A stretch of DNA of 64,000 nucleotides from Selaginella moellendorffii. Its lineage: Eukaryota; Plantae; Lycopodiophyta. The notes below the pieces were generated by a model. That model did not search any database. It was given only the letters and a program-made list of their open reading frames with translations, and had not been told where the DNA came from. A program made the translations under genes and the position numbers. The stretch lies in NCBI RefSeq assembly GCF_000143415.4, contig NW_003314319.1, forward strand, positions 258,115-322,114, in the 5' to 3' direction. Shown piece by piece: positions 11,540 through 24,395 of the stretch (within the stretch, counting starts at the first letter, position 1; the number at the start of each line of letters is the position of its first letter).

Positions 11540-14500
11540 AGAGATTCTTAAAATATTCTTAGGGAATATTTCAAGTGTGAGAGAGGATATTCTATATGGG
11601 GTATATGCCTTTCTTCCCCACAAGTTTAGGACACAATGAGGGAAAGGATGTATTGAGTTTCTTAATTATAGAGGAGCTTCTTGCTATGTTTTTAGAGCAA
11701 GATGGTGTGTAAGCATGCACCACAAGCACTCAAGATGCAGACCAAGACTCGACGGCATCGCTAGTGGTGTGAGGAATGTAAAGCTAATACACACAACACT
11801 ACAAGGTGTTGGAAACTCCATCTAAAACTTTAACCCCAGTGCCCTCAGCATGTGCAACAATAGCCCTATATAAATAATAGCTCATTGGCATCATCATCAA
11901 CAGGATACCAATAGCTACTTGACCAGAGAGCACTCGAGGCAATCCCAGTTGTTGATTGCAGTAAATGTCTTGTGAACACAATTTTCGTCATTGAGTAGTA
12001 ACTTGCTCTAGCATCCATGACAAGAGATCAGAAGAAGTGTAAAATCACTGTGTAGGAGCTAGGCTCTACCTCAGCATGAACTCCAGTAGCTCCCTTGGCT
12101 CCATCTCTCACTGCTTGCAAGTTGTCTTTCCTGAAGGCATTTACAGTAGCATAAATGTCCTTGCTTATATCTCAAGATCCAATGTCTACATGCACTCCAA
12201 GCTTGACGAGTATGCCATTAGGAGGGGCCTCTATGATGACAGGTGGTTGCCCATGCACTCTTATTAATCAAGTCTTGGCAACACCAATTACAACAGCCAT
12301 CAATGTGCTTTGTCACCAATTCTCGAGATGTTGGCAGCAACTTGAAACTTCAGTATATACTTTTGGTGGTGTGGCTTCCTCTCCAGCCTCAGACACAACT
12401 CCCATTCTGATCATCAATGCTAGAGTTGCTCTCAATATAAGTGCATTCATTGTCCTGTCAATGATTGCAAACATCTATGTGGAAGCTCTTGCTGACTTGA
12501 GCTTGGCCACCAATGTCCTCCCTTTGACAATGGCTTAGCAAGCAGCTCTTAAGATCAAGAGTACTCAACAGTCATATTGAGGACTTTTGCCAATCATGTA
12601 GCCACTTTGGCAGAGATTTGTCATGACATACCTATTTTGGTTCATGGCCATGAGTCTATAGTCAACTTTTTGATTGTGGACTATATTGCTTTGGGAGCAT
12701 CCTCATAGATGCTATCAGTGATCCTTGGCCAACCATGGCTAGATATAGCTTCATGCTCCTTTGACTTTGGGTATGGCTAAATGTAGATTAGACAAGGTAG
12801 TGAGCAAGTGACCATCCTCAATGTGAAGGGACAAGCTTTGAAATCCCAAAAAGTGTCACAATTGACAATAGATAAACCAGAGTCTCCATCTTAGCTAGCA
12901 AGTCCCAACAATGATACCATATGGGAGTTTGAGATGCTTGAGTGCAACATGATTGAACTTTTTCATTCTGTCTAGACAATCTCACCCCTGGACTCCACTA
13001 TCTATTGTGACCTATTACACTTGCTTGGGCTCTAGGAAACGTAAATCTAATCAAAATTCCATATATTTTACAAATGCTCAAGGAGGAGGAGAGCAAAAAT
13101 GCAATAGCAGCTTTGAGGAGCAACTTTTCTACCTCAGGTTAGGGTGGGAGGACACAAAAGGACACCACCAGAGGTGTTAGATACAATTCTTCCCAACTCT
13201 TGCTTATTACCTTTCATTGAGACTTGTGATGCCAACTTGAACACACCTTTGGGAGAAAAGGAGGCACCACTTGAGCACATGGAGAGTTAGGACCAGCCCA
13301 CAAATGCACAGCTATGGCCATTAGACAAGATCCCTACTCTTCAACATGAGAAAGCCTCCTAAGCACTTGCATTGACAATGGAGTTTAAGCTTATGAAGAG
13401 GGATATTTCATTTTCTCTTGGTGATTATATCCACTATTTGCCTGTGATGTTGTACTTACTTTGCCTTTGCAGGAAATCCTCCAAGGCACTTATACTTTAT
13501 CATGTGATCATACACAATTATAAAAGGTGGCAACATTGATAGATTCATTCCTCTAGCAACTTGGTTTTCTTTTCCAACATTTCCAGCACCAAAAGGTGAT
13601 GCCAGCAAATTGGATCCACAAGATCCTAGCGAAAGCATCACCCAACACGATCATAGCATCTTCCGTGGTTGACATCATGGAACCCATCCACTAGATTCAC
13701 GACGACTTCAGCCACACTCTAAACTTTGGAGGCACTTCATCCTAGCATACAAGAGCTGTTGCCCTTCTAAAACAAAGTGGAGTTCTAGGATTCCACTTAA
13801 GGTTGTAGCAATCCACTGTGATGTATCCACACAACATCCAGCTCTAGAGGGAGACCCAACTAGCTTCACTAGCATCTTTGGCCTCCTTCAGGATGCCCTT
13901 CATCTATTTGGAACATGCTACAGCATAGTAACATTTAGTAGCTCCTGATATCACCGCAGACTTTTCTTGCAATGACTTTTTTCTCTCTTATTTGTTCTCT
14001 TTGTTTTTCTTTCTTTCCTTTGATTTCACTATTTTCTACTTGCCTTTCTAGGACTTGTATCCATGTGGTACCAAGATTAGATTTGGATTTCAATATTGAT
14101 GTGGCATCAACTTTAATTGTCTGGGAGCTCATTCATTTCTCAGCTTTTCTCCCATGGTTTCCAGGTTCTTCTTTATATCAGATCCATCCACACCTTATTA
14201 CCATCATTTTGAGTCACTTACAATTACCATTTAATCATTCCTAAATTTGCTACACCTTTAGCCATCACTCACTACATTTGCCTAGCTCACTTTTCTCCAC
14301 TTATCTCACCATACACACATTTGTTTGAGGACATCTTTATATCATATTATCTATCATACTCATGCACAGTAGATGCAATGGCAAGAAGTCTTTTCTGACA
14401 CAAAGAACTCAAAATATGGAGTGAACTCTATCGATACAGCATTTTCTTGGCAAATACTAGACACTAGAAGCTGATTTTGACTACCCAAAAGGTCTTGACT

Positions 14501-15225
14501 CCAGTAAGAAGCTAGGCACTATAAACGAGCAAATGTTATTTCCTGATCCCATATGACATGGCAAGATGCAATGATCCATGTAGATGCTGCCACTAGTTAC
14601 AAGCTTTTTCTTCTCCAACAATTTCAATATAAATTGTTGGAAACTTCAACATATTACAAGATCCCCACTACTAGTCTATTCAAGTCAGTCAACCATTCCA
14701 CCCATCATCCATCATTATGGCTACAATCTTACCATTCCATAGCACATCCAAGACTGGGCAACATAGTTAGCTCTTCCACTTTCCTTGGACCTTTGGGAGC
14801 AAACTTGGGCCATTTTTGAGGAATTTTTAAGAGGTTTGAAGACCTAAAAAGTTGGAGTCCAAGTCAGTGCTTTTTTCTCTCTTGGATTCTTTTTCCTTTA
14901 TCTTTATTTTTCTTTTTCCTTCTTTGTTTTTTTTACTTTCTTCCACTTTCCTTAGGGTGAGTTCTCAATTTTCCCCACATGGTTTTCCCTTGATCCTAGA
15001 ACTCTAAAACGTCTTCTCCTTTCTTTTCTTTATATTCTCTTTGGTTCTCTTTCTTGCAACAGTTACCGACATTGGACATTACATTGGAGCCTTCAGTAGT
15101 GATTTGATCATGGGTTCTCGCACACAATGGAGTCTAGTGTGATCCCTCATAGTCGCCTGTTAGGATATATGTAGCATTTAAGCAAGATTCTCTAGAATAT
15201 TCCATTGTTAGAATATTTTAGGGGT
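11540..15225 (+). mobile_element. Highly decayed Gypsy-like retroelement sequence; boundaries approximate
   Basis: Retropepsin-like remnant near 12570-12750 (ILRTFANH...IPILVHG...VNFLIVD...ILGQPWL); related motifs at 11220-11580 and 14820-15225 (CAGTTACC, TCATGGGTTCTC, GTCGCCT). Confidence 0.45.
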
Positions 15226-15876
15226 GTGAGACTGAGTCTGAGATTAAGTTTAAGACCGACTTTGAGACCAAATTTGAGACAGAGTCCAGGATCGAGTCCA
15301 AGGCCAACTTTGAAACCAAGTTCGAGACCAAGTCCGAAACCAATTTTGAGACCAAATCCAAGCTTATATGGAGTGTTGCCCCATTTGAGTATCTTGTAAC
15401 TTATTGGTCCTTACCCCTTCCTAGGGGCTTAGGCCTTCCCTTCGGGATAGAAGTGGGGGAGTAGAGGTACCCATATTGGGCCGTTAGGCCACGAAGTTCC
15501 CCCCAAGTGCCCTAAAACAAGTGTTGCACCTAAGGCTTGGGATTTAAAGGGTCCTATGGTCAAATCTTGTTGTACCAAGGGATGTTAGGAACCTGGAGGT
15601 TTAGTGTGCTTGGCTGCTTATGCCTGCAGGGAGTGTAGCCAAACCTTAAGTCCAATCTAACTCAGGGTGGGGGATTTGGAGAGATTTGGGAATCTATGGA
15701 TGGATGGCTAACACTCTATTGCTCGTGTAGTGAGTAGCTAAAACCAAATAGAACCAAGTAGAAGCTGGTACAATAGGTAGAAACCTTGGTGAAGGAATTT
15801 AACTAAAACCAAGGCAGTATTGATCAGAGAGACGAGGTAAGCTGGAAAATTGGAAAGGAAAATTTTGTGGTTTATA
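15226..15876 (+). repeat. Truncated, internally deleted LTR of the chromovirus family, opposite orientation
   Basis: 15370-15876 is the reverse complement of about 5751-6245; repeat array at 15226-15360. Confidence 0.85.
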
Positions 15877-15885
15877 TACTGATTT

Positions 15886-16462
15886 TGAACTCTATCGGTA
15901 ATGTAAGTCTTGCTTAAGCTCTATTGCTCACCAGATGATGTTGTGATTGATTGCATAGCAGGTAGCAGTTCTATGGTGGAGGCAACACGTGACTTTGGTA
16001 GCTCAGTATTTGCTATTGAAGAACATCATTTTTTCAAATGCCAGCTTAAAGGATTTTGTGAGTTATTGTAGTGCATGTGATCATGGGATGAAATTTAAAT
16101 ATATTGTCACTATAGATCTTTGGAACTTTAGGGGATAAATGGGGATCAAATAGCCACTAAGGGCTCTCTTATCAAGCAATTGCCCCTTTTCCAATTGACT
16201 TAAGGGGAGAGAGATAAAGTGTGTTATAGTTGCCTCTAACCTCAAGGAGGTAAATTATATTTATTAAAATTTCAAAATATATTTAATTATATTTTATAGA
16301 TCACTATCACCTAGAGTTTCTAGAATTGGAAGCTTTGGAAGTCTTCCTGACTATGCAGATGCTATGGCTCAATAAATGCAAGGTGAATCTTCCCCATAAT
16401 ACCAATATAAGAGGAAGCATAAAAGAAATCAATATATTGATGATGAGGGAGAAGAAAGTTAA
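15886..16462 (+). pseudogene. 3' remnant of a spliced gene with an N4/N6 (amino) DNA methyltransferase-like SAM-binding region
   Basis: 15910-16065 reads LLKLYCSPDDVVIDCIAGSSSMVEATRDFGSSVFAIEEH; removing the solo LTR (16067-16228 plus one TSD copy) and intron 16250-16299 continues in frame, through two premature stops, to KRKHKRNQYIDDEGEES-stop. Confidence 0.6.
16067..16228 (+). mobile_element. Solo LTR of the TRIM family at 49953-50769
   Basis: Reverse complement of the ~160-bp TRIM LTR; flanks GTTAT/GTTGC are a TSD differing by two transitions. Confidence 0.85.
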
Positions 16463-17065
16463 TTGCATCCTTATACGAAATAAAAAATTTGTTATATATT
16501 AGATGTCAGTGACAGTGTTAGATGTCAGAGACAGTGTCAATATCAAATATCATAATTGTAAGTTATCATTCTCACCTGTCACCATCACTTTATAATGTTT
16601 GTATGTTGCCATCTCCTCCTTCAACATCTTATAAACAAATTTATGTGATATGATAGCACTTTCTAGAATAAAGTATGTTACCTACAACTAATATCATTTT
16701 ATTATATTTTTTCTTTTAAAAGTGACAAAACTATAGTATAGTAAAATAATTCTAGATCTTACATTCTACTATAGGATGGCCTAAAAACCCCATATTTTGC
16801 ATTAGCCAATGCAGTATTTTCCAAGGGGATGTTATTCCTCACTATGAAGTGATAGTGGGTATGTGTCTATAACTCATTCTTGAATCTATTGAACATCCAC
16901 ATGTGCATGTTTTCTAGACCCACTGTTGGGCAATTGCTATAGTGCTCAAAAAAAGTTTGTAAACCTATAGAGTTATTTGTCTTGTCCAAAAAAAAATAGC
17001 ATATTGGACATAGAATGTGATAGCATTTTGTGCTTTCAAATAGTTTTGTTATATCAGGAACAAAA

Positions 17066-17657
17066 TGTAAGCTCCTGAGTTTGGACTTCCTGGGAGGTCA
17101 CCCAGCCCAGTACTACTCAAACCCAAGGACGCTTAACCCCAAATATCCCAAGACCCTTAACCGATTGGAAAAGGGGGTGCACTCTTATTCATAGGCCCTT
17201 TCCCTCTATATTTGAACTCCATGGATCGTCTCTCAAGTCGTTCCCTTTGGTTGCTTACAATCCACCACGCTTCCCTGCAAGTTCACGCCCTCGTGAACGG
17301 AAGCTGAGAGCCGCAGCTCCCCCGAGAGCCCCGCTCTCTTGACACCCTACCCCTCGGGTCGAGCCCAGCGGGAGCAAACTGGACCAGCCAGATGTCAATC
17401 AACATGTGGTGTGATTCCCTAGCCAACCAACAAAGTCGGACCCGAGACCTCTCTGATACCAAATGTAAGCTCCTGAGTTTGGACTTCCCGGGAGGTCACC
17501 CATCCCAGTACTATTCAAACCCAAGGACGCTTAATTCCAACTATCCCAAGACCTTTAACCGTTTGGAAAAGGGGGTGCACTCTTATTCATGGGCCCTTTC
17601 CCTCTATATTTGAACCCCATGGATCGTCTCTCAAGTCGTTCCCTTTGGTTGCTTACA
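17066..17657 (-). mobile_element. Cassandra-type TRIM with 5S rRNA-derived LTRs
   Basis: 194-bp LTRs 17066-17259 and 17464-17657 (TGTAAG...CTTACA), TSD CAAAA, PBS TGGTATCAGAG at 17451-17461; minus strand carries TTAAGCG...TAGTACTGGGATGGGTGACCTCCCGGGAAGTCC (5S A- and C-box region). Confidence 0.95.
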
Positions 17658-20600
17658 CAAAATCTTGCAAAAACATGTTGTATTGCTCTTGAAGCACTAG
17701 AAGCAATCCCTCTCTAGTAGAAAGATCCAAAATTTCATATATAGAGAGCTCTAATTCAACTCCACTAGAGCCCTTAGTAGAAAGATGATTATTAAGTGGA
17801 GATGATGGTGGAATATTTGTAAAATTTGGGGATGAAAGTGGAGATTGATATAAAATGTTAAGGGGCCAAGTATAAGTAGTAATGACTTTCCTTTGAGCCA
17901 TTTTAATATAAACTTCCAAGGATCTCAAAGAGAATAAAAAAACTATAATGACTATAACTTTTCTAGATAGTTTATATACTAAGTTTTAGTCTTGGGAATG
18001 AGGTTTATTTAATATGACACTAAAACTACTTAGACTCTTGAAATGTTAGTCTCGAAACTGGGGTTTCATAATCATAGCTTACTTGTAAACATAAGAGCTT
18101 CTAGAATTCTAGATTATCATATATACACATGCTCTATCATTTTGATGAAATCCTACTTTGCTACACATATATTCTTTTCTACACATGCCAAATTTCTAGG
18201 GAAATAGATTACAAGGAAATAGACTATAGGGAAATATAGACCATATTATAGTGGCAGAGCATGCTGGCATGTTGCCATTCTCTTATGTGAAATTGCCTTT
18301 TAGTCTTGGAAATGTAGATAAAGTTTATTCTTTGATGTGATATTACTTTTGAGTTTTTTGAAAGATTTTGATTTCTTTTAATATTATTCATAAACAACTC
18401 ACAAAAACTCTTATTGAGGATTCACTACAAAAATATACCTTAGTCTTTTTATATAGGAGGATTGCAATATAGGCAGGTAATAGAGTTTTTGATATGAATT
18501 AATATGTAAATTATAAATGTAATAGAAAATTTTATTGAGTAGATTTCTTAGTGTTTTTCACTGTGCTATTCATTTCTTCATTTCTCTTACTCTGAACTAT
18601 CGTTTCAAAAGTAATGGGAGCATTTTTATCAATTGTGATAGTAGTCTCCACATTCCCATATAGGTAATAAGAACTAAAACTGTAATATGAAAATTATGGT
18701 AGTGAAGCAAAATTAACATTCTTACATTCCTTTGCACTATAATTCTTACTCAGAGATATTTTATTTTCCTTGCTAAGAACCCTAAAATAATCCCTAAACT
18801 CAATCTTATAGAAACTTTTATCTCAGATATTTATATATTTCAATATTTTTTAGTTAGTTAGAACCTTCATTAGATTTCCTTTGTAAGACTTTTAGTTGAT
18901 TATGTTGACTTGAGTTGACTTGTGCTAAATTAAACTTATCTCAACTTTGGACCATCCTCGGTTGAGTGACCTTTAGTGTTAGAGGGGTTTTGGATCCAAC
19001 TCTATTAATTGGCTAAAGGAATCACACTATATGTTGAGATGTATTAAATTAGGACCTTTGCATCTACAAGGTGTATATACTTCTATAATGTTAGCTAGAA
19101 AATTCCAAGTTTGCTAGAAATAGAGTATAGTGTCTTGGTCTCTAGACTCTTAAGTTGGACATAAAGGGTAAAAGCACTTAGGTAAAAATGCCATGAATTG
19201 GAAAAACATATAAAGGAAGAAATTATTCCAGCATAAATATACTACTTTTGGAGTATTATAAATTACTGTATTATTGCTGTCACCAAACTCAAAATCACAG
19301 TCTGAATATGAACTGGAGTCTTGAGTTTGATTCAGTTCCTCATATTTCATTTCTATCTTCTACATCTACAAGAATTTGCCAATCACTCACTACTGTTTCT
19401 ACTTCAAACAATAGGAGCTCTTAAAGATTGGTAGAGGCCATCTATTTTAGCTTCTTGGCAAGGTCCTGGATTTGCTCACAGCCATGTAAGAGGCCAATAG
19501 CACATCTTGCAAGGGAGCAGCCAGGTATTACCAAGGAGTTATGAAAAGTTAGTGTATCTTTCTCTTGAAGCACCTTTTATCCAACATTGGTTTGCTGTTT
19601 TGAAACCATTTGCTTTGAATATGTAGTAGCTGAGGCAAGCCAAATAGCAAGTTTTTCCGACAGATCTGGAAGTGAGGTAGTTTCATGGTGATTGATCCAC
19701 AAAGTATTTGTGTTGGCTTCGAGTGTTTTTTTTTTCTCATTCTAGGTGGTGGTAGTGCATTGAGATTTGCATGGCATCATGAAGTACAAAACCATGAGTG
19801 GCCTTATTCATAGCATACAAAGACTATGTGAGTAAAAGCCAAGAAGATTTACTATTGTGGACTATGGGGTTGGTGGTTTATAGTATATACAGCAAACTAT
19901 GCAATCCAAATGACATGTTTGGTTTTTGTTTGTAGCATTAAGTCCCATTATCGTGTTCAATCCTAACATCATTAAAGGGACTTCTCGGAACACACATAAG
20001 ATTTATATGAGTAAGCTAGCAAGAGAGGTTTATTAAGTCCCTGATCTCTGCCTAAAACTCCAATTAACACCGTGCTTAGGAAGCCCGTCATTGTTGCCCA
20101 ACCCACCCATGCCATCACCGCTGCCTGGCATTGCGAGTCTCAGCCTACCCATTATCGCCCACTGCTCGCAATCCAATTGCTATCCCTACCTTACAGCCAG
20201 CATATCCTTGCCTATTACTAGCAATCAGATCACTATCCTTTCCCTATCTAAACAATGCATGCCATAAAGCATGGCCCATTTATGGCCCCATTTGGCAAGC
20301 AGAACAAATGACAAAAAATTTAAATTGATTTTTGGTTTGCTTAAGCAACCTGGTAATGGATATACCTAGACTATGCTTGAATATTCTAGGATATTCTACC
20401 AATGTTGTATTAATTTTGTATTTATAATTTATAAACATTTTTATAATTTATAAACTTTCCTAAATTCCTAGTATATTCTAGTTTATTTTACCATCTAATG
20501 GTTGATATTCAATGAGATTAATCTTGTGTTTATAAATTATAAACATGTTTATAATTTTTTATTTATTAGATTATTAAATAGGAATAACATTACTATTAAG

Positions 20601-21108
20601 CAAATCAAATGCAACATATAGCAAATTATTATAATTACATAATTTAAGATTTATAAAATTAAATTTTAATTAACTAGTTCTTATTTAAAATAAAATGGAA
20701 TTTTCAGTGATGTGGCTGTCTGCCTGACTACCAAAGTAGTGGATACACTTAAGGGTATATAAAACAACCAACAAAAACACAGACTTTTTACTGACTATAT
20801 TATTACTAAATATTTAACTAATATCTCATTGATAAATTAACTTAAATAGCAACTAAGTCATAAAGAACTCTCAGCTCCACCAGGCTTGCAAGTGCTAACG
20901 GACAGTGAATTTGAAGTTGGTTTTGCAACAGCTAGAGCCTAGCAAGTGGGCAGGAAGCTGTTCACTAACGTGAAAGCTAGACTAGGAACAAAACTTCTCC
21001 AAAATAAAGAAGCAATTGAAAACTTAGCCAGGTTGCTCTTTGACTTTAGTTTGACACTATAATAGCAAATTTGAGAGATTCAATGTAGATTTCCTTTCTC
21101 TCTCTCGA

Positions 21109-21673
21109 ATGGGACAACCTCCTTTCATTCTGGCCATCACTTTCTTCTTAGTTCCAGTTGCAAGAGCCAACATTGTTTTAGTGGCTGTCAACAATGCCAA
21201 AGGGACTCCCGGCCAGCACTTCAAATCCGCCATGGGAGTCAAGGGAGTTCTCGCCACCATTGGATCCTCGGCTACTCACGAGCCAGGATCAAATCCCACC
21301 TGGGAGCTCTCTTGGTCATGTGGTTTACCGGGGACCTGGCCCAAAGGATATAGATGGTAATCTAATCCCGAGATGACCCACGTCTGGCAGTGGGACGGGC
21401 GTGGCAATGCGCCGCGGGGATTGATCCAAGTTTGTTATCATCAAGGCAGGGCTGCGGCCATTCTACATGGAGGCTGGAGCCGGCAATCACTGGGACGAGG
21501 GGTACGCAATCACTGCCTGGTTCTTGAATCATCTCATGGGTTTGGATCCACACGTTGTGGGAAAGATTAATATGAAGCAGATTAATGCGAAGCTGTCTAC
21601 CGCATGGAGCGAGGGGTTCTTTGTGGACATCTTGGGAAGAATAGCTAGTCATGGTCAAACTAGTCAAAACTAG
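21109..21673 (+). pseudogene. Basic secretory protein (BSP/PR-17-like) pseudogene
   Basis: Signal peptide, EMTHVWQW.G.G.APRGL and HWDEGY...WSEGFF lie in three different frames; paralogue of 39325-39993. Confidence 0.85.
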
Positions 21674-21832
21674 TCAAACTATAGCAAACCCAGAACATCA
21701 AAATTTGTATGAATACATGTTTGGCCCTTTAGAACGTAGCTTGATCTTTGGCTTCTTTCGTTTTCAGCCGAGCTACATGTTAGAAAGAGTGTACAATCCG
21801 AGATTTCTGACGGACAAGGACAAAACAACACC

Positions 21833-24320
21833 TCAATCGTTGTCCTCGATCGTTGTCTTTTGCTTCTTCCATTTGTAAGCGGCTTCCAGTATCTTGAGAT
21901 TGGGAGCCATCGAGGTCTCGTCTGGGAATATATAGTCGTAGAACTCCTCTTGCCTGGAGTGACCAAGAAAAGCCGTGAGTCTCGAGAAGAAACGAGGAAA
22001 GGGTAAATGTTATATATACTACGTACCCAGCAAACGTCCCGTCCTCCTGCGCTATCGGTCGCTTCCGCTTGACAGTCCTCGGTTGTTTCTTCTTCACCGT
22101 AGCAGCATCGCCAAGGTCACCGAAGCTTTCCTCCATTTGTTGCCATTCGTCGAGCAGCATCTTCCTGTCCTCTTTTTGCTCCGGGGCTGAAGATCTGAAG
22201 TACTCGAATGCTCGTTCATAGACGCCTGAGGGAAGACAATAGTTAAACAAGTTTGGCAAAGAGTGCTTTACCTCTAGCCCGCCGGACTCGCTGCGACGCT
22301 TGTTCTCTCAAGACGTCCTGATTGATTTCCCTTTCTTCTCCTTGAGCTACGGATTCCTCTTCCAGTCTCACGCCCCCTTCAAACTTGGCGTAGCTTAGCC
22401 ACACCTTCAGATGCTTCGTCCTGTCCAATAATCTCTCGTAGAGCTCCCTCGTCCGTTCGTTCTCCCCCTCGTTGATTTCGAAGTCAATGTACGCCTGAAG
22501 ACAAAACGAATGTCAGCACGAAAGAGAACTCTTCGTGTTTACGATCTTACCTTCCACAAAAGCTCGGGCATGTCAAGGACAGGCTGCGATATTGCCAACT
22601 CAAAAATGGCCCGACCCCTTTCAGTTTCTCCAAGTGATTGCTCTAGATCAGCATATTTACTCCATGCGTAACAATTAGCGGGAGCCCATTCAAGGTATCT
22701 TTCGTATAGCGCCCTGCACCTGTGCATGTTCCCAAGCTGGAGCTCTATCTCGATATACGTTTTAAATATCTGTGAGCGAAAGAGTGTATAAAAACCTTGC
22801 ATAAATGGCCCGCAAGAAAACCTTACCTTGTCCTTGGGTGCCTTCCCGATTGCATTTCCTAGAATCGTTCGAGCAGCGGTGAGATTTTTCTGCCTGATTT
22901 CAAACTTGGCAGCCATTAACCAGAGTTTTGCGAATGTAAACTTCTTGTGCGGTATGATGCCCAGACAAGCACTGAAAAATAAAACACGACGATCAGGTAA
23001 GGAGTTCCAAGTGACAGACTTATAAAATACGTACCTGTAAACATCCCGGGTACGATCCATGTCTTCAGCCTCGAGTTCTTCATACAGAGCATAATTGATC
23101 CTGCACGAAAAATTAAAACAAAAGTTGATAAAGCAATCTGAAAACAACTTCTTTTTTTGCTTTGCGTACCAGAGATATATGTATCGTTGCCAGTACCGTT
23201 TCTCTTCCGCAGGAGGCACGTTTGCAATGGCTCTCTCGTAGACCTCACGAATCCTATCCTTGTCCCCAACACTTTCCTCCAGCCGAATATAATCGAACCA
23301 GAAATCATAGTTGAGTGGGTTCTTCTTGACTTCATCCTCGTACTGGAACCTTCGCTTGCTCACAATCACATCCTCGATACCCTCCCTGTTCCCGTGCTGC
23401 TTCTCAAAAGCCACAAACTTCTTGTACAGCTCCTCCGCCTGCGACTTCGGTATGTTGTCCAGAGCGTACTTGTAAATGGCCCGGGCCCTCTCAAACTCCT
23501 TGCACCGCTCCTCAAAGTTGGCAAACGCTACAAATAGCTCCTCGGTCTGACCATCCTCGCCGAGCTCCACCACCGCTCGGTGGTAGCAATCCCGGGCCCT
23601 CGTCACGTCCCCGTTCTTAAACTCAAACTTCGCGAACCGGATCCACGCCTTGACGGTGGGAAGGCAGCGAACGTATCTCTCGTAAATCCCCCGTGCCCGC
23701 TCCACCTCGTTGTACCGGAGCTCGAACTTGATATACGCGGCCCAGCCATGGTGGTCGGGCTCCCAGAGCATCCATCTCTCGAAAATCTGGCGAGCACCAC
23801 CGATGTTCACCATCATCTCCTCCATATGGATGTACTTGTACCAGAGCTGGTCGATCCGGGGCAGCAAATTCACGGCCCTGTCCCATACATTCCTGGCGTG
23901 GTTCACGAACTTGTTCCTCATCTCCATCTCGGCATACTTGAGCCATAGCGTCTGGTTCGTGTAGTCGACCGTGATAGCTCTCTCCCACACCGACCTCGCC
24001 CTGTTAAAGTCCTTCTGGGACTCCTCCCACTGGGCGTACTTGACCCACACCCCAATGTTCCAGCGTACCCGGCGGATGAGATCCTCGTACTCCTTGCGCT
24101 TGCGGAGGCGGTACTCGTCGAGCTCCTGCTTGTCGGTGATCTTCTGCTTGGGCGGCCGGATCTCGGGCTCCTGGCGCTCGCGAGTCTCCCGAAGAATCTG
24201 CTCGGCGGTGATCTGGACTGGCGCCGGCGTCTTGTTCTTGACGCGCGTCGGCCGCGGCAGCTTTACCTCCGTCTCCTTGCGCGTGAGGTAGCCCAACGAC
24301 GCATCCGCCTCCCGCGCCAT
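21833..24320 (-). CDS. CRNKL1: Crooked neck-like pre-mRNA splicing factor (CRN/CLF1/SYF3), HAT repeats, multi-exon
   Basis: [21 protein letters not shown]-terminus, HAT repeats, last exon [10 protein letters not shown]...[15 protein letters not shown]; about six short GT-AG introns in the 3' half. Confidence 0.96.
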
Positions 24321-24395
24321 GGCCCCGACCCAAGAACCCTAGAAATGCCGGGGTTTTAGGGTTTTGCGCCCAAGAACCCTAAAAATGTGTCCCAG
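24321..24395. promoter_or_regulatory. 75-bp divergent intergenic region with telo-box motifs
   Basis: TAGGGTTT at 24357-24364 plus two AACCCTA motifs between opposing ATGs. Confidence 0.6.

Noticed and set aside
17080-17140. 5S rRNA gene
   Set aside because: Only the internal ~60 nt is present and it lies inside Cassandra LTRs
18423-18704. CACTA terminal inverted repeats (CACTACAAAAA ... GGTAGTG; also near 8676)
   Set aside because: Poor TIR match and no 3-bp TSD
19150-20650. Possible LINE remnant and an AT-rich repeat shared with about 40170-40300
   Set aside because: Similarity too weak and patchy to define boundaries or family
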